A stretch of 64,000 nt of DNA from a virus. Lineage: Duplodnaviria; Caudoviricetes. Both the position numbers and the translations under genes were made by a program. How positions within the stretch are numbered: position 1 is the first letter of the stretch; each line of letters opens with the position of its first letter. The notes beneath the pieces were generated by a model. It did no database searches and was not told the DNA's origin. It was given only the letters and a program-made list of their open reading frames with translations. The stretch lies in IMG/VR virus record IMGVR_UViG_3300049004_000016, positions 1 through 64,000 of that record; one strand, written 5' to 3'. This document shows positions 9,921 to 19,529 of the stretch, in pieces.

Positions 9921-10352
9921 CTAGTTGTACGGCGAGCCCGGCGCGATTGTCCCAGCGAAACAGTTCTGTCCTACGAACGCTGCCTGGTCACCTTGCAGCG
10001 GGATCGCTTGGTTGACCTGCGTTGCCTGCCGACAGATCTTGACCACGATGTCCTTGCGCGTCGCGGAGTCAGGGCCAACCAGATTCGGGTTATCCATCTC
10101 CCCGGCCAGTGACCTGTTCAGTTGGAGAACCTGACCGATCTCGTCACCGATCTGATCCTGGAGTGGCTTCTGGAACCCGTACCCGTTCCTGTCGAGTTGC
10201 GCCTGACGGTTGGTGTTTTCGGTGTTGAACCACCACCCTGCCTGCCACCCACCCACGATGATGACACCGATCACGAACACCACGGCGAAGAACGCGAACA
10301 CCGCGCCGAGCCCATCCCTGACCACGGAATCACCGGGTCGATAACTTGGCAT
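9921..10352 (-). CDS. membrane-anchored hypothetical protein
   Basis: single TM helix, adjacent to lipoprotein gene. Confidence 0.6.
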   Translation of the reverse strand: MPSYRPGDSVVRDGLGAVFAFFAVVFVIGVIIVGGWQAGWWFNTENTNRQAQLDRNGYGFQKPLQDQIGDEIGQVLQLNRSLAGEMDNPNLVGPDSATRKDIVVKICRQATQVNQAIPLQGDQAAFVGQNCFAGTIAPGSPYN

Positions 10353-11203
10353 GACTTCCCTCCATTCCAGCCCGGCTAGTCGCGGGGCATTCCTTTATTC
10401 AGTAGGACGAACATGGTCCAGTACATTTGAAAAACGGCAGTGAAGATCAGGACCACCGCTGTGACTGTCCAACCGAGGTGTCCGAGCACCAGCCCTGCGA
10501 TGGTGAGCGCCGCTGCGCTGCTGACCGACACCGGTATTTTGTGGCCAGTGCCGGGGTAGCTGGCGACGCACAACAGCACCAGCGCCAGGAACAACGCGGT
10601 GGAAAACCACTCCACCTGTGGCACTGACGCATCGGGGTCGAAAGGGCTGAGGCTGTGCGCCACCACGAATAGCCCCATGATGCTCGCTCCCATCGCGCCA
10701 CCCATGCGAGCCGTGGCAACACCTTGTTCCACCATCGGTTCCACCTCCTCCGTGTTTTCCTAGTGCCAGTCGTCAGCGGCGTCAGGACTCAACACCGGGT
10801 CCGGGTAATTCACACCATCGGCCTGGCAACCCATCTGCCTGATCGTCTCCGGGTCACCACCACCGGCCATGAGCGTCCTCAGCCTCTGCCGGTGGCACCA
10901 CGACGCACCGGACTCCCCCGGTAGCTGCCCGGCTGGCCCGTACTTGGTGTTGATCTCCGCGATCAACTCGTCCTCACCGGGCACCGGCGTGGACAGTGCC
11001 TTCATGACCCTGGCCAGCTCGCACTGGTCATCGTTGTCCGGGCACTCCGGTAGCGGCGTGATCGTGGAGGTGGTGTCTACGGCCGGAACGGGTGCCGCTG
11101 GCCCAGCGGGTGCCGTGGCCGGACCACCGTTGACTGACGCGAACGCCAGCACTGCAACGAGGAACAACACCCACAGCACCCACTTGGCCAGCTTGCCCAT
11201 GAG

Positions 11204-12181
11204 TCAGCCCTTCCCGTCCTGGTCGCCGTCCACGATGTCCTGGGGGAACGCGACCAGGAACCACTCCTCCGGTGTCAGGCCGTCGAGGTCGTCTTTCTTG
11301 GGCTTCGGGATCTCCATCCAGTTCGTGGCCAGCTCGCACGGGCTGTCACCGATCAGCACAACCAGGTCATCCCAGGTCATCGGGTCGGCGTGCTTACCGG
11401 AGAGGTACCAGGCACCGTTGACGTGCAACGCCACGTAGGTGTAGCCCTGCTCGGGGTTCCGTTTGAACGTCTTGACCCACTTGAGGACCGAGCCCTCTGG
11501 GGGTTCGCTGGGGAACCGTGACTTCTCCTGCCCGAATCCCATCGCGGCCTTGGCCAGAACATCGAGGATCAACAGCGGGTTCACCGGGAACCCAACCGAC
11601 ATGGCCTTACCTGTCCGTGCCTCGCCGGGCTGCCACCCACCGTGGCCCTGCCGGCGTGCCCGCTCAACGTTGGTGCGCGCGTACTCGTCTGCTCCTGCCC
11701 AACCCATATTCCTGCTCCTTAGCTTCCTTGTCGTCCCTATCGGGAGACCGTGGAATGCGTCCATGATTTCGTCTAGCGCTGTCATCGCCTCCGGGTCGTC
11801 CGGGACCGGCTGGGTGTCTTCTCGCGTCGCGTTGTTCCTTTCCTCGGCTGCTACTTGTGAGAGGACCAGGTCGATTTGCTGCGCGCCCCAACCATCCTGG
11901 GTGAGCGCACGGACCCGCGCCGAGATCTTCCGACCACGCTCAGTGGTCTCCCGGCGTTCCTGGTCCACTCGGGTTTCGCTGTACAGGCGCCCGCTGTAGT
12001 CACCCAGGAGGGCCTGGTCTGGTTCCTGTTCATCGCGCGCCTCCGCTCTTTCCGCCGCGTGGCGTTCATCGGCCCGCCACGGGTCTTCGTCGGTGTCTGG
12101 GGTGTAATCGGAATCGTCAAATGGCCAGTTCGGTCCATGCATCCAGTAGGCGTCCTCCGCGCGTTCGGCTTCCCATCCCAC
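11204..12181 (-). CDS. hypothetical protein
   Basis: 325-aa ORF, ACCGAAAGGG RBS upstream. Confidence 0.6.
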   Translation of the reverse strand: MGWEAERAEDAYWMHGPNWPFDDSDYTPDTDEDPWRADERHAAERAEARDEQEPDQALLGDYSGRLYSETRVDQERRETTERGRKISARVRALTQDGWGAQQIDLVLSQVAAEERNNATREDTQPVPDDPEAMTALDEIMDAFHGLPIGTTRKLRSRNMGWAGADEYARTNVERARRQGHGGWQPGEARTGKAMSVGFPVNPLLILDVLAKAAMGFGQEKSRFPSEPPEGSVLKWVKTFKRNPEQGYTYVALHVNGAWYLSGKHADPMTWDDLVVLIGDSPCELATNWMEIPKPKKDDLDGLTPEEWFLVAFPQDIVDGDQDGKG

Positions 12182-12517
12182 GGCTATCGCCCTTTCGGTA
12201 TTAGTTAGAGGTGCCGGGCCACGGGGGAGGCCGGGCCCGGCGGCCCGTCAGGATTGACGGGCGGTGATGGCGTCAACGATGGATGCCCAGTAAGCAGCGG
12301 CGCAGATGTCTAGGTTGCGAAGCGACGTGCAGCGATCGGCTAGGTGCCGGTAATAGGAGACCTGGTCCTTGGCGCTGTCGAGGTCACCCTCGATCACGAT
12401 GGCGCGGTATTCACTGGCCCCGAACGGGAGCGACCTGGCGCCGATACGCACCGCTGAGTCGATCATCACTGCCTCCGTGTTCCGTGTCTGCCGGTGCTCC
12501 GTCGACCACCTACAATG

Positions 12518-12546
12518 AACCTAACCCCTGTGGCGGTCAGTGTCAA
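12518..12546 (-). promoter_or_regulatory. class I SigA-like promoter
   Basis: TTGACA-ctGACC...GGGGT-TAGGTT on minus strand, 17-nt spacer. Confidence 0.75.
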
Positions 12547-12764
12547 CACCGGTGGGGCGGTTAGTCGCGAAGAATTCCTTCCCCGCCGCTACCGCCTCCG
12601 CCACCAACTCCGGCAGGTGATCCCACGACTTCCACATCAAGATCCGAATCCGGGGCGGCAACCGAAACCAGCAAGACTGGCAACAGAACTCCCGCGCATC
12701 AACCGACTTACCGCACAACCCAGGACAGGAATGAGGGCCCAGGCACACGACCTCGGGCTCCGGG

Positions 12765-13823
12765 TCACCGTTCACTGTTCACCTCCGCCGGGAACTCATC
12801 CCACGTCCGGCCGTCGAGCAACCGCCCCGCTCTGGTCTTGCCGACCCGGCCCATGGGGGTGAACCCGGTGTCACCACCGATCGACCACTGCCCCGCCGGC
12901 AACGCGCTCATCGGTGGGCGCTCGACGTAGTTGCACTGGGCACCGAAGTAGCCCCGGACGTCCATGCCTTGGGCCTTGGGGTGGTCGGTGGGTACGGGTG
13001 CCCACTCGCCCCACTGTTTGAAGAAGTACGGCACCCCAGCGGCCTGGCACTGGTCGCGGAGGGTCTGTGCCCAGCCTGGGTGCATGGGGCGTGCCCCAGG
13101 TCCTGACTCACCACCGGCGATGACCCACTGCAACCCGGTCGCGGTGGGGTCACACGCCATGTCCGCGTGGACCGTCCCACACGCCTCGGTGGTGATGTCC
13201 TGGCCGCATTCCGGGCAGTCCCCTGACACGTACCGGGACAGGTCCACCGGCCCTAGCAGCGGCTCGCAGGACAGGAACCTCACTGCCGCTGGTGTGGCCA
13301 GCAGCGCGGGGATACGCAGGTCTGCCCGCTTCTGGTCTTCGACGCTGACGCCGAGCCACACGTTCGGCAGCGGCCACACCCAGCTCATGTCACCGGGCAG
13401 CGGCAGCTTCATCTCGTAGTACATCTTTCGCGCCGCACCGACCATCAGATCGTGGAACACCTCAGACGCAAACAGCGACCGCATCCGGCCGTGGCGCTTG
13501 GTCAGAACCTGGAACGTGTGACTAGGCGACCCAGCCATCACCGCGAACACCGCAGCGATGAACCCGTTCGGGATGCTGTCGTGGAAGAGATCCGACATGG
13601 AATTGACGAACACCATCCGTGGCCGACGCCACCGCAGCGGCGCGTCCAGCTTGTCCTCGTGCAGCTTGACCTCAGCGAACGAACCCGGCCCGTGGAACCT
13701 CTCCGTCAGCCGCTCCGCATAGCAGTTATCACACCCTGGGCTGACCTTGGTGCACCCCGTCACGGGGTTCCACACCTCATCAGTCCACTCGATTTTCGTT
13801 TTCGTCACGACTGAACTACCCAC
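12765..13823 (-). CDS. DUF5131 / Gp37Gp68 family radical-SAM-like protein
   Basis: KIEWTDEVWNPVTGCTKVSPGCDNCYA, FVNSMSDLFH, FLSCEPLLG, GGESG, FFKQWG. Confidence 0.92.
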   Translation of the reverse strand: MGSSVVTKTKIEWTDEVWNPVTGCTKVSPGCDNCYAERLTERFHGPGSFAEVKLHEDKLDAPLRWRRPRMVFVNSMSDLFHDSIPNGFIAAVFAVMAGSPSHTFQVLTKRHGRMRSLFASEVFHDLMVGAARKMYYEMKLPLPGDMSWVWPLPNVWLGVSVEDQKRADLRIPALLATPAAVRFLSCEPLLGPVDLSRYVSGDCPECGQDITTEACGTVHADMACDPTATGLQWVIAGGESGPGARPMHPGWAQTLRDQCQAAGVPYFFKQWGEWAPVPTDHPKAQGMDVRGYFGAQCNYVERPPMSALPAGQWSIGGDTGFTPMGRVGKTRAGRLLDGRTWDEFPAEVNSER

Positions 13824-14845
13824 CTCTCCGCGTCTTGCAGCGTCAACCCGGTCCCGTCGCAGCCCTTCCCCGGCACCCGTGGACCTAGCCTGTCCCGGTC
13901 GCCTTGGCGGTCGGTCGGTGTCGTGGCGTGATACCGCATCTGCCCGTTGTTCCTCAGGCTGATGCGGTCACGGCCACACACCGGGCAGGTCACCCTTCCG
14001 GGCACGTCATCTCCGGTCTCTGACGGTTACTGCATCGCAGTGCTGCCATGAGACGGCATGCGCGCCAAGGCCGCTCCAATAGCACCCCGGACCAAGGGGT
14101 TCCGCTGTCGCGTCTTTGGGCAAGGTCAGGCTGACAAGGAACGCCAGTAACACGAGCGCTCCCAGGCACTTACCTACCATGCGATCGATCTTTATGATCG
14201 AATACTCTGCTCCGGGCACGTCATCTCCCTGGTGGTGTTGAAGGGTGAACGGGGCACTCATACCCAGGATCGGTATTGCAGGTGCATCCGTTAAGCATTT
14301 TCCGTCACCTTCATGTATTCCTTGATCGAACCCTTATACAGAGGATCTGCGTATTCGTCGGCCATCTTTTCGTCGAAGTCATCGGGGAGGGTGAGCACAC
14401 CGGTCAGCTTGTTATGGTTAGCCATGTACCCGGTGTCGGCGTGCTTCACCAGAATGTCCACCTCCACCTCGGGGATCGGCGTCATGTCCAGCGAATGCTC
14501 CTCATCCACGTCTTGGTCCAGCAGGGCTATCGCCTCGAACAATTGCCCTATGGCTTCCTCATTGCCCTCATAAGGGATGTAGAAGTGCCAGGTCTCGCCC
14601 TCGTGTTCGTTGTTCTCCGTCAGCTTCACGAATGTTCTCACGTCGTTTTCCCTTTCCTTGGGTTGTTGGAGTACCACACTTGGCCCTCATCCATCGCGGC
14701 GAGATGACGGGCAGTGTCATCACCGAGATAGGACGCCCATATCTCATCCCGGATCGCTTTCGGCAACCGGAACCAATCCGACTTGCACGCGTACATGCGT
14801 TGGGCCACCTGGGCGCCGCATCCGGCTGGGCAGGGGTGGGTGCTG

Positions 14846-15376
14846 TTAGGCATCGCGGGTCACCACTTCCATCGGCAACACACACCGAAGCTGCCGGGCG
14901 ACACCGCACTCCGAGGCGCCACCGATGATCGCGATGAATTCCCAGCAGTCCTCTTCGTCGTCGCGTTCCATGGTCCCGGCGCAGTTGTCGGGGTCAGGGC
15001 CGCCCCAGAAGATGAACCAGTGCTCATGGACGTGGGTGAACGTGAGCCCGCTCAGTGCGTCCACCGGGCCCAGCGACAGGGCCACGTACCCGTCCTGGAG
15101 ACCGAACTGGCCGCCGGCAAGGACGTGGGTGACGGTGCAGATACAGACCTTGCCGGTGTAGTCACCCAGCACCGTGACGTCCGTGTCGGGGTCGGTGAGA
15201 CGCTTGCCGGGGTCGAACTCCCGTTGGATCAGCACGTCACCGACCCGGTACTCCCGGTCGGCCGGTCGGATGTCGACCAGCTTGCGGCCGGACGCGATCT
15301 CCTCGAAGTGCGGTGGCCAGCAGCGGATCTCATGGACTTTGCTGGCCGGTCCCCGCTCCCGGACGGTGGTGGTCAT
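14846..15376 (-). CDS. DUF3850/ASCH-domain protein
   Basis: HEIRCWPPHFEEIASGRK..DIR..DR.YRVGD.L..REFD. Confidence 0.8.
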   Translation of the reverse strand: MTTTVRERGPASKVHEIRCWPPHFEEIASGRKLVDIRPADREYRVGDVLIQREFDPGKRLTDPDTDVTVLGDYTGKVCICTVTHVLAGGQFGLQDGYVALSLGPVDALSGLTFTHVHEHWFIFWGGPDPDNCAGTMERDDEEDCWEFIAIIGGASECGVARQLRCVLPMEVVTRDA

Positions 15377-15936
15377 TGCAGGGCCACCCCCAGCTTCGCC
15401 CCGGCGCGCTCCGCCAGCGCGATGAAGCACAGGCCGGTGGCGGTGACGTCACCGTGGGCGGTGTGGTCGGGCGCGAACCCGATGTCGAGCATCCGGCAGA
15501 TCTCTACCAGACCAGGTACGTAGTTCAGGCCCAGGACGGCAGCGGCATAAGCCTCGATGTCCCACAACCGGTAATGCCATTGAGGCAGGAAAGTCACGGT
15601 CGCTGCCTCATACATCGAGTACATCTTGGTCAAAACCCACGCGTCGAATCCTGGGTTAGCTGCGACCAGGGTGTTGCTTTGGAGCAGTTCGGCCAGCTCC
15701 CACGCCTTCTTGCCGTCTCTGTCCTGTGCCTGGTCGGCGATGCGGTCGATGTACCGGTTGAGCTGCAACGCCTTGATGTCGGCGTTTGCTAGCGTCTCGC
15801 TGACGTCGTGGGTGGGGATGAACTCGCCGCGTTTGCCGGTGGACAGGTCCCACCAGCCGACTTCCACGGCGTGGTGGCGGTTGGGGTCCAGGCCGTTCGT
15901 TTCCGTGTCGACAATGATCAGGTTCCTGGTCGTCAT
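15373..15936 (-). CDS. DEDDh 3'-5' exonuclease (DnaQ-like)
   Basis: IVDTETNGLD, NPGFD, HTAHGDV. Confidence 0.85.
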   Translation of the reverse strand: MTTRNLIIVDTETNGLDPNRHHAVEVGWWDLSTGKRGEFIPTHDVSETLANADIKALQLNRYIDRIADQAQDRDGKKAWELAELLQSNTLVAANPGFDAWVLTKMYSMYEAATVTFLPQWHYRLWDIEAYAAAVLGLNYVPGLVEICRMLDIGFAPDHTAHGDVTATGLCFIALAERAGAKLGVALQ

Positions 15937-17093
15937 GCCTTCCGCTCCTCGGCCTTGATCAGGCTGTTGATGGTTGTGGACGCCTGGTCGCACAGCGTCG
16001 CGTTGGACTCGGCGGTGTGGCACAGGGCTGCGTTGAACCCGCGCTTCTGCCGGTATGCCTGGCCCACGCGGTTCAGGGTGGTGTGGGCTGCGTCAAGGAC
16101 AGCGGCAGCGTCACCCAGGACGGTCAGGTACGCGGCAGTGGCCTTCTGATCCGGCGCGGGTGGTTCCTCGGTCGGCCGCTTATCGGCGGTGGAGGTGCCG
16201 ACCCCGTTGAACCAGTGGCCCACCGGGTCGTAGTGCCACGTTTCCTGCTGGTCGGTGTGGACACGGTGGCCTTTGACCCGGCAGCAACTGAACCCGTACT
16301 CGGGGTGGTAGGCGTCGCACCGGGCTGGTGTCTCCACCCACACGTTTTCGCACGCGGCACAGACCGCTTCGTGGGTGAACTCGTCCACGGTGTGGGGACC
16401 GTTGTCGGAGCACTTCGGGCACCATTCCTGGGTCTTTCGCCTCACCGGCGCTGGGCGCTCATCAGCGGTGGAGCGCCACTCGTTGTCGAAGGAATGGCCC
16501 ACCGAGCTGTCGTAGTGCCACGTGCGCTTCCCCTCCGGCCCGTTGCTGAGGTAGTGGCCCCGGACGCGGTCACACACGAACCCATACGTCGGGTGCTCGA
16601 TGCGGCACTGCTCGCCGTGCCTGACCCAGATGTGGTCACAAGCGCAACACAGGAGCACCACGTCGGCCAGTTTGTGTGGCCCGGTGTCACCACACTTCGG
16701 GCACTCCTCCTCGACGTGCGTGGGCTGGGTCTTACGTTCCGGGGCGTGCGTTCGGTTGGTCCGGGACCGGGTTGCCTGCTCGATCGGGCGCTCGTACACC
16801 GTGCCCACGTAGCCCTGTAGCTCGGGAACCCGCAACATCGCTGCCCACACCTCGACGTCGCTTTCCTCGTGGTGCCCCCGCTCCCATTTGACCTTCCGGC
16901 TGTCATAGACGGCCATCTGAGTATCGGGAATGGTCTCTCCCACATCCCACTCCTCCGGTCCTTCCACCTCGGTCGCCGCGATCATCGCCATCTGCCTCAG
17001 CGTGTCCTGGTCGGGTCCGAAGTACATGCCCTGCCATTCCTGGCGTGCCTTCCAGCCGCGAATGATGCGCTCTATCTTCTTGTCCCTGTCCAT
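15933..17093 (-). CDS. Cys/His-rich protein with two tandem ~88-aa repeats
   Basis: CPKC..GPH...C.AC..W...C...HP.YGF.C.RV.GH...TWHYD repeated twice. Confidence 0.7.
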   Translation of the reverse strand: MDRDKKIERIIRGWKARQEWQGMYFGPDQDTLRQMAMIAATEVEGPEEWDVGETIPDTQMAVYDSRKVKWERGHHEESDVEVWAAMLRVPELQGYVGTVYERPIEQATRSRTNRTHAPERKTQPTHVEEECPKCGDTGPHKLADVVLLCCACDHIWVRHGEQCRIEHPTYGFVCDRVRGHYLSNGPEGKRTWHYDSSVGHSFDNEWRSTADERPAPVRRKTQEWCPKCSDNGPHTVDEFTHEAVCAACENVWVETPARCDAYHPEYGFSCCRVKGHRVHTDQQETWHYDPVGHWFNGVGTSTADKRPTEEPPAPDQKATAAYLTVLGDAAAVLDAAHTTLNRVGQAYRQKRGFNAALCHTAESNATLCDQASTTINSLIKAEERKA

Positions 17094-17375
17094 CGCTGCC
17101 TCCGTGTTCTTTGCTTCACAAAACTTCGGTGATCTTCCGGGCGGTCGGTGGCTGGTCCATCCACTTCGCCGCCTCGGTCAACGCCGCTGCCAAGTCCCGC
17201 AGCTTCTGTGCCTCGGTGAACAACACCGACCCGACACGGACCTCCCGGCCGGAGATGTTGTGCTCGAACCTCTGGACGGCCATGGATTTGCCCCACCCGG
17301 TGGGGCCCCGGCTTTCGCGGTTGACCCCGTTGTCGGTGATGGTGATCTCGTGCACCGGGTTGGTGTTGTAGGCGT

Positions 17376-17768
17376 TCATTCCTGGTCGGCTTCCACGGCC
17401 TGCAACGCCTCGATCGCGTTCGCCAGGTGCTCCCTGCTCCGGCCGCCGGTCGCTGACCAACGCTCGAACGCCACGCGCGCATAGGAGACCAGCCCATTCC
17501 GGCGGTCAGCCGCTAGGAGCTTCTTGGCCTGGTCGCTGTCGGGGTGGAGAACCCGCGTCCACCGTGACCACGCGCCGCCACTGTGATGGTCCTGGGTGGC
17601 GACACGGAACCGTAGGTCGCTGCCGACGACGGTGAATGAGTGGTCTGAGACCTTCTTGACCGTGGTGCTCTCCACCTGGGCGTGGACACCGTAGCCACTG
17701 GCGGCCACCACTACCGGTGCACCGTCGACTAGCCAGTCTGGCCGTTGGGGTAATTCCCTCTTCGCCAT
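17376..17768 (-). CDS. hypothetical (SH3-like beta-barrel) protein
   Basis: ACACGGAGG RBS 17777-17785, class I promoter upstream. Confidence 0.6.
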   Translation of the reverse strand: MAKRELPQRPDWLVDGAPVVVAASGYGVHAQVESTTVKKVSDHSFTVVGSDLRFRVATQDHHSGGAWSRWTRVLHPDSDQAKKLLAADRRNGLVSYARVAFERWSATGGRSREHLANAIEALQAVEADQE

Positions 17769-17813
17769 TGTCTTTGCCTCCGTGTCTGGTGACCCCGCCG
17801 GGCCACAACCATG

Positions 17814-17841
17814 ACCCTACCCTATCTAGGGTCGGTGTCAA
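17814..17841 (-). promoter_or_regulatory. class I SigA-like promoter
   Basis: TTGACA-ccGACC...GGG-TAGGGT, 16-nt spacer. Confidence 0.75.
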
Positions 17842-18101
17842 CGCCTTGTGGTGGTTGAAAGGCGCACGCGCCGCCACCATCGCACCAACCTGCTGGGCCT
17901 CCGCCCCACCCGGAAAGCCGCCATCGCATCCTCAACGGTGACCAGGTCCCTGACCGGTGGCGCCAGCAGCTCCCGACGCCACCCCACCAGCAACGCCTCC
18001 ACCGGGTCGGGGTCCTTCGGCATCGCGCCCTGGCCCAGCGCGTCCAGCAGCGCGTCATCCCTACGGACCGCTGCCAGGTCATCGTCACGCTGGCCCATCA
18101 C
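17838..18101 (-). CDS. RsdA-like anti-SigD sigma-binding domain protein (no TM segment)
   Basis: DLAAVRRDDALLDALG...EALLVGWRRELLAPP..LVTVEDAMAAFRVG aligns by eye with the N-terminal SigD-binding region of actinobacterial RsdA. Confidence 0.75.
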   Translation of the reverse strand: MMGQRDDDLAAVRRDDALLDALGQGAMPKDPDPVEALLVGWRRELLAPPVRDLVTVEDAMAAFRVGRRPSRLVRWWRRVRLSTTTRR

Positions 18102-18286
18102 TGGCCCCTTCCCTGCTTGGACTGGGTGACCTTGATCTGGAACTCGGACCCGTCAGCCATGGTGATGGTGAACCCCTCGCTGGCGGTCATGATGCCGTCC
18201 TCCGCGAACGTGGCCATGTCCCTCCACTCCACCTCGCTTTCCTGGACTGCTGCGGTCAAGGTCTGCGCCATCTGCTGCTCGGTCAT
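18098..18286 (-). CDS. small hypothetical protein
   Basis: ACAGGAG RBS; ...GIMTASEGFTITMADGSEFQIKVTQS. Confidence 0.6.
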   Translation of the reverse strand: MTEQQMAQTLTAAVQESEVEWRDMATFAEDGIMTASEGFTITMADGSEFQIKVTQSKQGRGQ

Positions 18287-18331
18287 CGCTGTCTCCTGTG
18301 GCTCGGGGCCTCCGTTGTGGCCGTCACCTAC

Positions 18332-18360
18332 TACATCGCTGACCGCCAGCCCGGCGTTAC
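18332..18360 (-). promoter_or_regulatory. class II SigD-like promoter upstream of rsdA-like unit
   Basis: GTAAC-N17-CGATGTA on minus strand. Confidence 0.65.
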
Positions 18361-18638
18361 TCCTCACCCAGCAGCAGCCGGATCTCCCCCGCTGCCTGGG
18401 CGTACGTGCGCGCCGTGCCCCGCTGGTACTCGTTCTTTCCCTCGTACTGGCCCATCGCGTCCCATACCTCGGCCAGCGCGCGCAACCTGATGCCGAGGTC
18501 TGTGCACCGCGCGCGAACCTCGGCGAGGGCCTTGTGCAGCTCATCCCAGCTAGGCTGCTTCGGCAGTAGCTGTCCAGTCATCAATGCCTCCGTTCCGTTG
18601 TGGTGTGGGGCCAGCGGCACCACCGGCCCCGTCACCTG

Positions 18639-19529
18639 TCAGTCCTGACGTCGGTCTGGCCACGAATCCGCGTTGCGGTCCATTTCCTTCTCGATCTCCT
18701 GCGATGTGGTGAATGTGTCGCCCATTCCGGTCACCTCCCCTCGGGTCGCTTCCACGATCAAGGTGTGGACACCGGTCCCCGACGACTGGAACGCCCCCGG
18801 CCCGGCCTTGCGCCACGTCCCCCCGGCCTGGGTGATCAGGTTCCGGGCCGCTGCGATCGGGCGTTGCCGCCCGTACTCCAGTGACGTCGGCACGATCGCC
18901 CGTAGCTGCCCACCGGGCTTGAGCCGGTCCCACGCCAACACCAGGTGCTCCGCCCACGCGTACCGGTGACCTGGGAGGGTGAACGGGGGGTTCATGACCA
19001 CCGCGTCGAAGCGCAGCGATGCCACGTCGGCGTAGTCCTCGAACGTGCCCTGCCAGATATGCAACCACCACTCGGTGGCGTTCATGCGCAACACCGTGCG
19101 CCTGGCCTGGTCTGGTTCCACCGCTGTGATCTGGGTGTCTGGGTATGCCTCCCGGACCGCGCGCACCAGCGCACCGTCCCCCGCTGAGGGCTCCAGCACG
19201 CGCGACTCCGGCCCGAGGTCCAGGCCGTGGACCAGTTCTTTAGCCAGCTCCGGTGGCGTCGTCCAGTACGACAGTTCCTTGTCCCGCGTCGCGCACGGCG
19301 CGGGGATCACCGTCGACCCGGTCAGGGCCTCCAGCTCTGGGCGCGGGTCCCGGTCGTAGACATGGGCCCGTTCCCTGGAGTCCCACCGGCCGCCCCCGGC
19401 GAGCCGCGACAGCGCGCGGTCCACCTGGGCGTACACGCTGCGGTCGGTGATGATGGGGCACTTGATGCTGCGGTAGTCGGCGACCGCGTACCGCAGCGCC
19501 TCCACGGCCTCCGCTGTCAGTGTGGTCAC
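18639..19529 (-). CDS. SAM-dependent amino (N6-adenine-type) DNA methyltransferase
   Basis: YWTTPPELA, VLEPSAGDG (motif I), MNPPF (motif IV). Confidence 0.85.
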   Translation of the reverse strand: MTTLTAEAVEALRYAVADYRSIKCPIITDRSVYAQVDRALSRLAGGGRWDSRERAHVYDRDPRPELEALTGSTVIPAPCATRDKELSYWTTPPELAKELVHGLDLGPESRVLEPSAGDGALVRAVREAYPDTQITAVEPDQARRTVLRMNATEWWLHIWQGTFEDYADVASLRFDAVVMNPPFTLPGHRYAWAEHLVLAWDRLKPGGQLRAIVPTSLEYGRQRPIAAARNLITQAGGTWRKAGPGAFQSSGTGVHTLIVEATRGEVTGMGDTFTTSQEIEKEMDRNADSWPDRRQD

